From NCBI GenBank assembly GCA_964349555.1, contig CAYGGK010000003.1, positions 1-61,893 of the forward strand: a DNA stretch of 61,893 bases, in the 5' to 3' direction. The position numbers were made by a program, and so were the translations under genes. This document shows, in pieces, positions 1-7,337 of this stretch. This DNA comes from an uncultured Candidatus Saccharibacteria bacterium. Its GTDB lineage: Bacteria; Patescibacteriota; Minisyncoccia; Phycocordibacterales; Phycocordibacteraceae. The notes beneath the pieces are model-generated. The model was not told where the DNA came from. It saw only the letters and a list, made by a program, of their open reading frames with translations, and did no database searches. Within the stretch, counting starts at the first letter, position 1, and the number at the start of each line of letters is the position of its first letter.

Positions 1-2
1 GT

Positions 3-809
3 GGTGGAGGTGGCGGCTCGAGCTCACCGAACGTCATACTCTCTGCAGTCCCGCATATCGGCGAGGTACTCGGCGCATCTATCTACCTCTCGCAGATCCC
101 GTACACCGGTCTCGAACTCGGCCCGATCGGTACCGTACTCTACTGGCTCGCCCTCGTCGTGTGGGCGATTGCTCTCGCATATTTGATTCTCTTCGGGGCA
201 GTGCCGTTCGCGAGTCGTTCTGCTCGCAGTTTCGCTTTTCGTATTTCAGCAGAGCCGAATGTGCTGACTCCGGAGCCGCATCGTGCGATTGTTCAAGAAC
301 ACCTTGAGGTGCCGCGCGGGTACTCTCCGTATGAAGGATTCAAATCCTTTGAGCAGAAGAAAGGGACGCTCTCTGTTGAAGACATCGTGAAGGGCCTCGC
401 ACGGAACGTTGAGCCAATATATAAAAACGTTGAACCGATACGTGAGGAGGCCCACTCTCATCTGGTGCCGCCTCCGTCGGCCACTGTAAACAGCCACGAC
501 TTCGTAGCCGCCATCGTCGGTGGCAATCGTGAAGAGGCCTTTGCCAGCTTGCGCCAGTGTGTGCGCGGAGGCGGAGCGCCGGAGAAGCTTGTGACTGAGG
601 CTGTATGTCTTCTTGACGATGCGTACCGAGCTCGTGTTGACGGATCAGACTGCGATGACGGCATTGCGCGCATAACGGCGCGCCTCGATACTCCAACTTT
701 AGAGAAAGTCGTCGCTTCACTCACGACAGCGGTTGACTCAAGCTACACGACCGGCATGACCGGCGTTAAGCTCGCACTTACTCGCGCACTCTCTATTCTC
801 GGCGCCTAG
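3..809 (+). CDS. hypothetical membrane-anchored protein, 5' end outside window
   Basis: Frame 3 is open from nt 3 (GGGGGSSSPNVILSAVPHIGEVLGASIYLSQIPYTGLELGPIGTVLYWLALVVWAIALAYLILF...). It is continuous with the listed 159..809 ORF. One TM helix is followed by a soluble tail; no family recognised. Confidence 0.5.
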   Translation, partial: GGGGGSSSPNVILSAVPHIGEVLGASIYLSQIPYTGLELGPIGTVLYWLALVVWAIALAYLILFGAVPFASRSARSFAFRISAEPNVLTPEPHRAIVQEHLEVPRGYSPYEGFKSFEQKKGTLSVEDIVKGLARNVEPIYKNVEPIREEAHSHLVPPPSATVNSHDFVAAIVGGNREEAFASLRQCVRGGGAPEKLVTEAVCLLDDAYRARVDGSDCDDGIARITARLDTPTLEKVVASLTTAVDSSYTTGMTGVKLALTRALSILGA

Positions 810-3800
810 AGCGGTCTGATCTCTTCAATCGCGAGCGAGACCTCGCCGTTCCTGATAGAAACCTTGCCCTTTGCAAGAAGGCAGGCGCCTGCGACGATTG
901 CGTTCGCGTGCTCTTTAAGTAATTTTGGGAAGACAACAGCCTCCATAGAATCACTCATGTCCTCGACGGTAAGAAACGCCATTTTTTCCCCGCCCTTGGT
1001 GAGAATGTTCCGTACGAGCGTCACGAGGATGGGTAGTATGATCAGCATTCCTGACTGACGTTCCTCTTTAATCTTCGCAATAGTGAGCACGGCCTTTTTT
1101 GCAACCGCCTCATGCGCGTCAAGCGGATGGCCGCTTACATAAATACCGAGCAACTCTTTCTCCCACGCGAGCTTGTCAACGAGCGATACAGGTTTGCCTG
1201 TTGGGAGAATAAGATCAGGTGGGGCGATAACGGCGCCGAAAAGGGAGCCCTGGGACAGGGCCGGCGCAGTTAGCTCGCGATGATAGGAGAGGAGCATTTC
1301 AATGTTATCCAGCAGTGTTCCGCGAGAAGGGTTGAGTGAGTCGAGCGCGCCGCATTTGATAAGCGACTCAAGCGACTTGCGGTTGAGATTCTTTGCACTG
1401 ATACGAGAAAGAAAATCAGGAAGAGTTTTGAAAGGGCCGTGAGCTTTGCGCTCGGCGATGATAGCTTCTGAAATCCCGTCGCCGAAGTTTTTGATTGACG
1501 AAAGTCCGAACCGGATTGCTTCACCGTCCGGCGAACTTCTTTCGCCAACAACCGTAAAGACACTACCGCTTTCGTTTACGTCCGGCGGCAAGACTTTTAC
1601 CCTCATCCTCTTTGCTTCGGCGACGAATATCGCTATAGAGTCGGTGTCGCCCGAGTCTGCGGTCAAAAGGGAAGCGAGATATTCAACCGGATAATTCGCT
1701 TTCATATACGCTGTTTGGTAGGCGACTTTGCCGTAGCTTGCGGCGTGCGCCTTGTTGAACCCGTATGCGGCGAAGGGTTCTATCAGCTCCCATAATTTTT
1801 CTGCCAGCTGTTTGGAAAGTTTGCCGTACTCCACAAATCCTCTTGTCAGCTTTTCTTTCTCCGCCTGCATGACCTTTGGAATTTTCTTACCCATCGCTTT
1901 ACGAAGCGCGTCGGCCTCCAACCACGAATAGCCGCCAAGCTTTATCGCCGTGAGAAGGACGTCGTCCTGATAGACCAGAATGCCGTATGAAAAATCCAAG
2001 TACTCCTTCATGCGCGGGTCCAAATAATGAATGAGCTTTGGATTATGCTTACGCTCAATGTAGTGCGGAATGGTCTCCATCGGTCCCGGGCGATAGAGCG
2101 CCACCATCGCGTTAATATCGTGGATGGAGGAGGGCTTGAGCTCCTTAAGCCAGCGAGTCATTCCTGAACCGTTCAGTTGGAAGACGCCTTCGGTCTCTCC
2201 CCGCGCGAGCATTTCAAATGTTTTAGAGTCATCAATGGAAACATTCTCAATGTCTACGACAATACCGCGAGACTCTTTTACCCGCGCGACGGCGTCGGCG
2301 AGAATCGCGAGATTTTTAATACCGAGGAAATCAAATTTCAAGAGACCGACACCGCCATACTCGTCGGTTACTGAGTACATGTCGTATTGCGTGATGAGGT
2401 TACCGGTGCCTTTTGGGTCCGGCTGAATAGGTGTCCACTCAATAAGCGGCGTCGGTGCTATAACGACACCGGCCGCGTGGACGCCAACGTGCCGTACGCG
2501 GCCCTCAATGCGTTTCGCAAGGTCAATAACCTCCCGCGCCGTATCGTCTTCGTCGTAGAGTGTTTTCAATTCGGGTTCCAACTCAAGCGCGCGATCTATG
2601 CTCATGGGGAACCCTTGGGAACCTATGGGGATAAGCTTTGCGATTCGATCGCCGGTGGTATACGAGTGGCCGAGCGCGCGTGCGACGTCGCGCACAGCGG
2701 CTCGCGCCATCATGGTGCCGAAGGTGCCGATTTGCGCGACGTGATCCTCACCATATTTCTGCTTCGTGTATGCGATCATGTCGTCCCGACGGTCGTCGGC
2801 GATATCCATATCAATGTCCGGCGCTTTCGGTCGCTCCGGGTTGAGGAACCGTTCAAAGGGCAGTTTGTAGAAGAGCGGGTCAACGTTCGTAATGCCGACC
2901 AGATAGGCGACGAGACTTCCGGCGGCGCTCCCGCGCGTGGTCGTCAGTATCCCTTGACTGCGTGCAAACGCGAGAAGGTCGGCGACGATGAGATAATATG
3001 CCGCAAACTTCTTACCGATGATGATGTCCAATTCGTATTCAATTCGTTCAACGACCTCTTTTGTCTCAGTGAGCCCCTTCAGAGCGATGCCGGCGTACGC
3101 TTTTGCGCGCAACTCCTCGTCGTGATTTTTAAAACCGACAGAAACGGGCACGGCAGGGAAGGTCCATTTCCCCAACTCAAAGGAGAGGTTGCACCTCTCA
3201 GCAATCACTCGAGAATTATCTACGGCTTCCGGAGTATCTTTGAATAATGCGAGCGCGGTTTTTTCATTAATAAAAGAGAAATCTTCATCTTCATTTTTGC
3301 CGCGGCCGCCTTGTTGGATTCGACGCATAATCTCAGTTGCTTCTCGATCACCCGGCTCCAGATAGTAGACATCGTGTTGGGCGACGAGTGGTGTGCCGCT
3401 CTCTCGCGCAAGCGCGATAATTTTCTGCATCAGAGCTTCGTGCCCGGCGACTTTCGGGTGGTGCGTAATTTCAAGAAAGACATTCTCGGCTCCAAAAATG
3501 TTTTTGAATTCAGCGAGCGCCGCGGCGGCGCCGTTCGGGTCTCCCGCGCGCAGAAGCTGTGCCACGTCCCCTGCAAAAGAGGGCAGAAGAGCGATAATGC
3601 CGTGACTATGTTCGCGAAGCAGTTCCTTGTCAATGCGCGGGCGCTCAAAAAATCCTTCCGTCCATGACTTCGTCACGAGGGCGAGAAGGTTCTTGTATCC
3701 TTCGTTATTTTCTGCCACCAGTACGATACGCGAACGCTTCGCATCAAGGTTGGGATCTTTTCCATGGCGTGAACGCGCCGCGAGATATGCATCAACGCCG

Positions 3801-4003
3801 AGAATCGGTTTTATACCGGCATTTACTGCCGCCTTGTAGAACTCAATCGCGCCGTGCATGTTTCCGCTATCAGTAAGCGCGAGCGTGTCCATGCCCTCCT
3901 TTCTTGCCTTCTCAACCAGCTCGTCCACCGTCGGTAACGCCTGCAAGAACGAGTAGTGACTATGTGTGTGGAGGTGAATGAATCGTGATGCCATCCTCAC
4001 CAC
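806..4003 (-). CDS. dnaE: DNA polymerase III alpha subunit
   Basis: 1065-aa ORF. It has the PHP motif FIHLHTHSHYSFL, polymerase core motifs (GSAAGSLVAYLVGIT, PDIDMDI, GLLKFDFLG) and a C-terminal OB-fold-like tail. The start is either GTG 4003 or ATG 3994. Confidence 0.95.
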   Translation of the reverse strand: MVRMASRFIHLHTHSHYSFLQALPTVDELVEKARKEGMDTLALTDSGNMHGAIEFYKAAVNAGIKPILGVDAYLAARSRHGKDPNLDAKRSRIVLVAENNEGYKNLLALVTKSWTEGFFERPRIDKELLREHSHGIIALLPSFAGDVAQLLRAGDPNGAAAALAEFKNIFGAENVFLEITHHPKVAGHEALMQKIIALARESGTPLVAQHDVYYLEPGDREATEIMRRIQQGGRGKNEDEDFSFINEKTALALFKDTPEAVDNSRVIAERCNLSFELGKWTFPAVPVSVGFKNHDEELRAKAYAGIALKGLTETKEVVERIEYELDIIIGKKFAAYYLIVADLLAFARSQGILTTTRGSAAGSLVAYLVGITNVDPLFYKLPFERFLNPERPKAPDIDMDIADDRRDDMIAYTKQKYGEDHVAQIGTFGTMMARAAVRDVARALGHSYTTGDRIAKLIPIGSQGFPMSIDRALELEPELKTLYDEDDTAREVIDLAKRIEGRVRHVGVHAAGVVIAPTPLIEWTPIQPDPKGTGNLITQYDMYSVTDEYGGVGLLKFDFLGIKNLAILADAVARVKESRGIVVDIENVSIDDSKTFEMLARGETEGVFQLNGSGMTRWLKELKPSSIHDINAMVALYRPGPMETIPHYIERKHNPKLIHYLDPRMKEYLDFSYGILVYQDDVLLTAIKLGGYSWLEADALRKAMGKKIPKVMQAEKEKLTRGFVEYGKLSKQLAEKLWELIEPFAAYGFNKAHAASYGKVAYQTAYMKANYPVEYLASLLTADSGDTDSIAIFVAEAKRMRVKVLPPDVNESGSVFTVVGERSSPDGEAIRFGLSSIKNFGDGISEAIIAERKAHGPFKTLPDFLSRISAKNLNRKSLESLIKCGALDSLNPSRGTLLDNIEMLLSYHRELTAPALSQGSLFGAVIAPPDLILPTGKPVSLVDKLAWEKELLGIYVSGHPLDAHEAVAKKAVLTIAKIKEERQSGMLIILPILVTLVRNILTKGGEKMAFLTVEDMSDSMEAVVFPKLLKEHANAIVAGACLLAKGKVSIRNGEVSLAIEEIRPL

Positions 4004-4024
4004 AATAGCAAAAACACGGCACTA

Positions 4025-4052
4025 TTGACAAATCGATAGAAGGGAGTATACT
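4025..4052 (+). promoter_or_regulatory. sigma70-like promoter TTGACA-16 nt-TATACT of cassette 1
   Basis: TTGACA at 4025-4030 and TATACT at 4047-4052. The same architecture is repeated at 4528-4555. Confidence 0.6.
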
Positions 4053-4113
4053 TAAACGCAGAACTGAACATAGGCACACCCATCCTGGGAGTGCCAAACA
4101 ATGGGAGAACATA

Positions 4114-4428
4114 ATGGCCCTTCTTGTCGCCGTTGCAATCTGTACCACCTGTATGGTGGCGATATATAGGTTCCGCGAAGATACCGCCATCTTCGCCGCC
4201 CCCGCCATCGCGTCCGTCGCCTTCGGCTTCGCCGTTGTCGACGCCATCTTTGCTTCCACCAACGTCGCCACCATCACCACCATCACCATCGCCACCCTCG
4301 CTACCATCGCCATCGCCAGCGCCGCCGCCAGAGTCGTCGCCGCCACCACCAACGACGGAAGGAGGATTGTCTTAGCCGCGATTGCCCCTATGGTGATTTC
4401 GGCGGGGGCCATGTACTTTAAGATTTAG
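4114..4428 (+). CDS. ultra-hydrophobic Ala/Thr/Ile-rich small membrane protein (cassette 1)
   Basis: 104-aa ORF preceded by GGGAGA 6 nt upstream. It is collinear with the C-terminal 105 aa of the next gene (AVAI..CM..YRFR ... ND.R..L..I..M.ISAG.MYF). Confidence 0.55.
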   Translation: MALLVAVAICTTCMVAIYRFREDTAIFAAPAIASVAFGFAVVDAIFASTNVATITTITIATLATIAIASAAARVVAATTNDGRRIVLAAIAPMVISAGAMYFKI

Positions 4429-4484
4429 CCCCGACTTATGGAGAGCCCCGCTCCCACGAGTCGGGGCTTTCTATTTTCAGTCAG
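4427..4484 (+). terminator. 58-nt 3' module (hairpin AGCCCCGACT...AGTCGGGGCT followed by TTTCTATTTT), copy 1
   Basis: Arms at 4427-4436 and 4459-4468 followed by a T-rich run. Identical to 5304-5361. Confidence 0.6.
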
Positions 4485-4519
4485 TGAAATGAGTGAAGTC
4501 AGACTTCACTCATTTCACT
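4483..4519. repeat. perfect 18-bp inverted repeat AGTGAAATGAGTGAAGTC / GACTTCACTCATTTCACT
   Basis: Arms at 4483-4500 and 4502-4519. It lies between cassette 1's terminator and cassette 2's promoter. Confidence 0.8.
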
Positions 4520-4527
4520 CAATGCTA

Positions 4528-4555
4528 TTGACAAATCCACAGATGAGGATATACT
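4528..4555 (+). promoter_or_regulatory. sigma70-like promoter TTGACA-16 nt-TATACT of cassette 2
   Basis: TTGACA at 4528-4533 and TATACT at 4550-4555. Confidence 0.6.
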
Positions 4556-4618
4556 TTAGTGCGGAGGTCTGAACATAGGCACCCCCGCCAAGGGGATGCC
4601 CAACAACAGGAGAACATC

Positions 4619-5302
4619 ATGAAAAAAGTAGTCATCGCAGTACTGCTCACTCTTCTCTCTTTCTCTTTCACGGCGGTTGCTGGGGAGATGAGGGTGTATA
4701 GGGGCCCTTCGGGGTACAGCCTCGTAGAGGCATCAGGAGACACGGGGATCGTGGTGCAGAGCGGATTAAAGCTCACCGATGAGCAAATCGCTCGCATCAT
4801 CGACAAGGGAGAGTCCGTCCCGCTCGACGCACAAAAGCAAAATGCTCGCTGGAGCACATACCTTACGCACATCGAATACGATACTGTCTCGACGGAGCAG
4901 GCAGTCCTTGACGGGGCGATGATCAAGGCAATGGCGAAGACGGAAGTGAAGAAGAACGAGGAGTTCAACTCCTCCTTCATCGCTGTGGCAATCTATATCC
5001 TCTGTATGATTTGGGTATATAGATTTCGCAAGCCTAGCGTCATCGCCTTCCTCGGCGCCACCTTCGCCACCGTCCCCGTCTTCATGACCCTCACCACCGT
5101 CACCTTCGCCACTTTAGCTTTCTTCATCTTCCTCGCCACCTTCGCCACCACCTTTGCCTCATTCAACTCCGCCAACACCGCTACCTCCTCCCCCATCTCC
5201 CTCTCCGCCTCTGCCACCGCCGCCAATGACAGCAGGACGTTTGCCTTACTCGGAATTATCCTGATGTCGATTTCGGCGGGGATTATGTACTTCGCGCTGT
5301 AA
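4619..5302 (+). CDS. secreted/membrane protein: signal peptide, ~130-aa domain and ultra-hydrophobic C-terminal domain (cassette 2)
   Basis: ATG 4619 (MKKVVIAVLLTLLSFSFTAVAG) with AGGAGA 6 nt upstream. The C-terminus is paralogous to 4114..4428. Confidence 0.6.
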   Translation: MKKVVIAVLLTLLSFSFTAVAGEMRVYRGPSGYSLVEASGDTGIVVQSGLKLTDEQIARIIDKGESVPLDAQKQNARWSTYLTHIEYDTVSTEQAVLDGAMIKAMAKTEVKKNEEFNSSFIAVAIYILCMIWVYRFRKPSVIAFLGATFATVPVFMTLTTVTFATLAFFIFLATFATTFASFNSANTATSSPISLSASATAANDSRTFALLGIILMSISAGIMYFAL

Positions 5303-5303
5303 G

Positions 5304-5361
5304 AGCCCCGACTTATGGAGAGCCCCGCTCCCACGAGTCGGGGCTTTCTATTTTCAGTCAG
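5304..5361 (+). terminator. 58-nt 3' module, copy 2
   Basis: Identical by eye, nucleotide for nucleotide, to 4427-4484. Confidence 0.6.
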
Positions 5362-5365
5362 CGGG

Positions 5366-5394
5366 GCAATACCGAAGTTAAACTTCGGTATTGC
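5366..5394. repeat. perfect 14-bp inverted repeat GCAATACCGAAGTT / AACTTCGGTATTGC
   Basis: Arms at 5366-5379 and 5381-5394. It lies between convergent genes. Confidence 0.75.
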
Positions 5395-5398
5395 GTAC

Positions 5399-5662
5399 CT
5401 AACGATAGATATCTTTGCGGTGTTTTACTTCAAGCAAGCGGACGGTATCGGCGTTTACAAGGTGGAAGGTGACACGCCAGTCCCGCGTGATACGAAATGA
5501 AAGAATGCCGAGGAATGGTTCGGACAGCGGTTTAGTATGGAGCCGAGAGTCGTAGTAGTTTGTGGCAAGGAGCGCAAGAAGTTTTGCCAGTTTCTTTTGT
5601 AGACGAGAATCAAGACGGGATGCTTGTCTTTCAAATTGGCGATCGTACTCGATACGCACCAT
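5399..5662 (-). CDS. RelE/ParE-family toxin
   Basis: 87 aa. The C-terminal pattern KPL..PF.GILSFRITRDWRVTF...D.V.LLEVKHRKDIY is typical of RelE/ParE toxins. It lies 5 nt downstream of a small partner ORF. Confidence 0.7.
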   Translation of the reverse strand: MVRIEYDRQFERQASRLDSRLQKKLAKLLALLATNYYDSRLHTKPLSEPFLGILSFRITRDWRVTFHLVNADTVRLLEVKHRKDIYR

Positions 5663-5667
5663 AAAAG

Positions 5668-5874
5668 TTATGCTTTTGAAATATCGTCGAGGAACTGCTT
5701 AGGTGAGGTAAAGTGCTTCAAGGACTTTCTCGAGAGTGCGGCTAGTGTGCTTTTCACAAACGCAGGACGGTACTCGCCTTCGGTGTCGCGACCAATAAGG
5801 TTTATCACCGCCGAGCGGAGCAAGGTTATTTCTTGTTTAATTGTTAGAGTATCCATAGCCGTACTATACCACAT
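5668..5874 (-). CDS. putative antitoxin
   Basis: Small ORF directly upstream of the toxin. The likely real start is ATG 5856 (MDTLTIKQE), with TATAGT 6 nt upstream. No family recognised. Confidence 0.5.
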   Translation of the reverse strand: MWYSTAMDTLTIKQEITLLRSAVINLIGRDTEGEYRPAFVKSTLAALSRKSLKHFTSPKQFLDDISKA

Positions 5875-5894
5875 CTCCCTGCTATGCTTCTACT

Positions 5895-6488
5895 ATGAAA
5901 TTTCTCATTGGCGTCGACGAGGCGGGGCGAGGGCCACTCGCGGGACCAGTCAGTGTGGGGATAGTCGCCGTGCCGGAGGGGTTTGATGTAACGAAAGAGT
6001 TCCCCGGGGTGAGAGATTCAAAAAAACTTTCAGAAAAGGGAAGGGAGAAGATTTTTACAGAATTAGAAGCGCGCGTCGCTCTTGGAGACGTGCATTTTAG
6101 GGTTGAATTTGAGAGCGCTGAGGCGGTTGATATTGAAGGCATTGCGGTGGCGGTGCGCCGCGCGCTTGCGCGCGGCGTGAATGCGCTCGCGCCGGGTGCG
6201 GCGCTCGTAAAAATACAGCTCGACGGCGCGCTGCGTGCGCCGAAAGAATATTCACAAGAAACGATTATTAACGGCGACGAGCTCGTTCCGCTCATCTCGC
6301 TCGCTTCTATCGCGGCGAAGGTCACTCGCGATCGGTTGATGAGGGAGCTCGCGAAGGAGTATCCGCAGTACGGTTTTGAAAAACATAAGGGGTACGGTAC
6401 TCCCGCACATTATGAAATGCTTAAAAAACATGGCCTTTGCGCTATTCACCGCCAGTCTTTTATACATCTTGATTTAAGGTCAAGATAG
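5895..6488 (+). CDS. rnhB: ribonuclease HII
   Basis: The N-terminus IGVDEAGRGPLAGPV is the RNase HII signature; 197 aa. Confidence 0.9.
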   Translation: MKFLIGVDEAGRGPLAGPVSVGIVAVPEGFDVTKEFPGVRDSKKLSEKGREKIFTELEARVALGDVHFRVEFESAEAVDIEGIAVAVRRALARGVNALAPGAALVKIQLDGALRAPKEYSQETIINGDELVPLISLASIAAKVTRDRLMRELAKEYPQYGFEKHKGYGTPAHYEMLKKHGLCAIHRQSFIHLDLRSR

Positions 6489-6538
6489 GACTATAGTTTC
6501 CACTTGTGTCCAGCCAAGGGGGCAAGGGACACGAAAAC

Positions 6539-6769
6539 ATGATCTTTGGGGAGAAAAAAGTGAGTAAATTATTACGGCGTCCATGGGCCGTTGAGAAGCA
6601 TGTCAAAGCGCTCGAAGGAACGGGCTTTGAAAAATGTGCCACTTGTTATGGATGCGCCGGGGAGATCGTGAACGGATGTATGCGGTGTTCACGTGTCGGA
6701 CCAAAGGGAGCGCTTATAAAACCTGGACAGGCACAGCGTTGCGACGGCACAAAACCGCCGAATTGCTAG
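6539..6769 (+). CDS. small cysteine-rich protein (possible zinc ribbon)
   Basis: 76 aa with 7 Cys (CATCYGC...CMRC...C...C). AAGGGA lies 9 nt upstream of ATG 6539, and a strong terminator follows. Confidence 0.4.
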   Translation: MIFGEKKVSKLLRRPWAVEKHVKALEGTGFEKCATCYGCAGEIVNGCMRCSRVGPKGALIKPGQAQRCDGTKPPNC

Positions 6770-6786
6770 CCAGTCTAGAGAATATA

Positions 6787-6826
6787 AAAACGCCACCTCA
6801 TTACAGGTGGCGTTTTGATTTTTTAC
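6787..6826 (+). terminator. rho-independent terminator
   Basis: CGCCACCT (6791-6798) / AGGTGGCG (6805-6812), followed by TTTTGATTTTTT. Confidence 0.75.
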
Positions 6827-6849
6827 CTGCCCCATGATAGGGTAGCCCT

Positions 6850-7206
6850 ATGTCAATTCGCATGCGCCATACAAGGGGCCACACCGGCAATCGCCGGTCG
6901 CATCACGCGCTCTCTGAAACCAATGTCGTGAAGGATAAGGAGAGCGGGAATCTCCGCCTGCCTCACCGCATTGATGAGGTCACGGGTGTATATCGCGGGA
7001 AACAAATTTTTGTCCCTAAGGTGAAAACCGAGCACAGACCAAAAGTGAGGGGTCCTTCTACGGAACCGGTCGTGAAGCACACACACGAACATGCGGCAGA
7101 GGTGCATGCGAACGCGGAAGCAAAAAGTTCGAAGGGAGTTTTTGGTAAATTGTTTAAGGGAGAAGGGCGCCCGAAGGCGAGAAGCGGTTTCGGAGGGGGC
7201 GCCTAG
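6850..7206 (+). CDS. rpmF: 50S ribosomal protein L32 with long C-terminal extension
   Basis: The N-terminus MRHTRGHTGNRRSHHAL matches the L32 signature. The ORF is 118 aa, versus about 60 aa for typical L32. Confidence 0.8.
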   Translation: MSIRMRHTRGHTGNRRSHHALSETNVVKDKESGNLRLPHRIDEVTGVYRGKQIFVPKVKTEHRPKVRGPSTEPVVKHTHEHAAEVHANAEAKSSKGVFGKLFKGEGRPKARSGFGGGA

Positions 7207-7337
7207 ATTTTTAAGAAGCGAAGCGACTATAAAAATCCAAGTGGGGGTCATTCCTATGAGCCCACGCGTAAGTTAGGAACAGCGGCCGCCTTGCGTGGCC
7301 GCGATGTTTGCTATACTTACATTCATAAGCTCTTTCT

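Noticed and set aside
1-186. Frame-1 ORF at the window start.
   Set aside because: Frame 3 is open across the same bases, joins the 159-809 ORF and gives a sensible TM helix. The frame-1 product is Ser/Arg-rich with no features.
2387-3247. Long antisense or alternative-frame ORFs inside large housekeeping genes. Examples are 2387-3247 in dnaE, 15240-16016 and 17430-18443 in rpoB, 37876-38718 and 39805-40656 in uvrA, 42902-43750 in ddl, and 23130-23981 and 24729-25478 in the ATPase gene.
   Set aside because: They lie opposite to, or out of frame with, ORFs carrying unmistakable conserved motifs. GC-rich DNA is poor in stop codons on the antisense strand, and their translations are Arg/Ala/Gly-rich nonsense.
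3960-4412. 150-aa minus-strand ORF (3960-4412) and an 83-aa Pro/Ser-rich + strand ORF (4124-4375) overlapping cassette 1. There is also 4993-5334 (-) over cassette 2.
   Set aside because: They are products of the extreme compositional periodicity (GCC/ACC/ATC repeats). The promoter, SD sequence and terminator all support the + strand frame listed, although proteomic proof is lacking.
4114-5302. Diversity-generating retroelement (template/variable repeat pair) as an explanation for the two related hydrophobic modules.
   Set aside because: No reverse transcriptase is in the window. The differences are not adenine-specific, and the two copies differ by indels and general divergence.
6488-6850. 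Possible tmRNA, RNase P, SRP or 6S RNA between rnhB and rpmF.
   Set aside because: I found no tRNA-like acceptor/T-arm pair, no GAGGAAAGUCC-type RNase P block and no SRP GGAA/AGCA motif. A small ORF with an RBS explains the region better.
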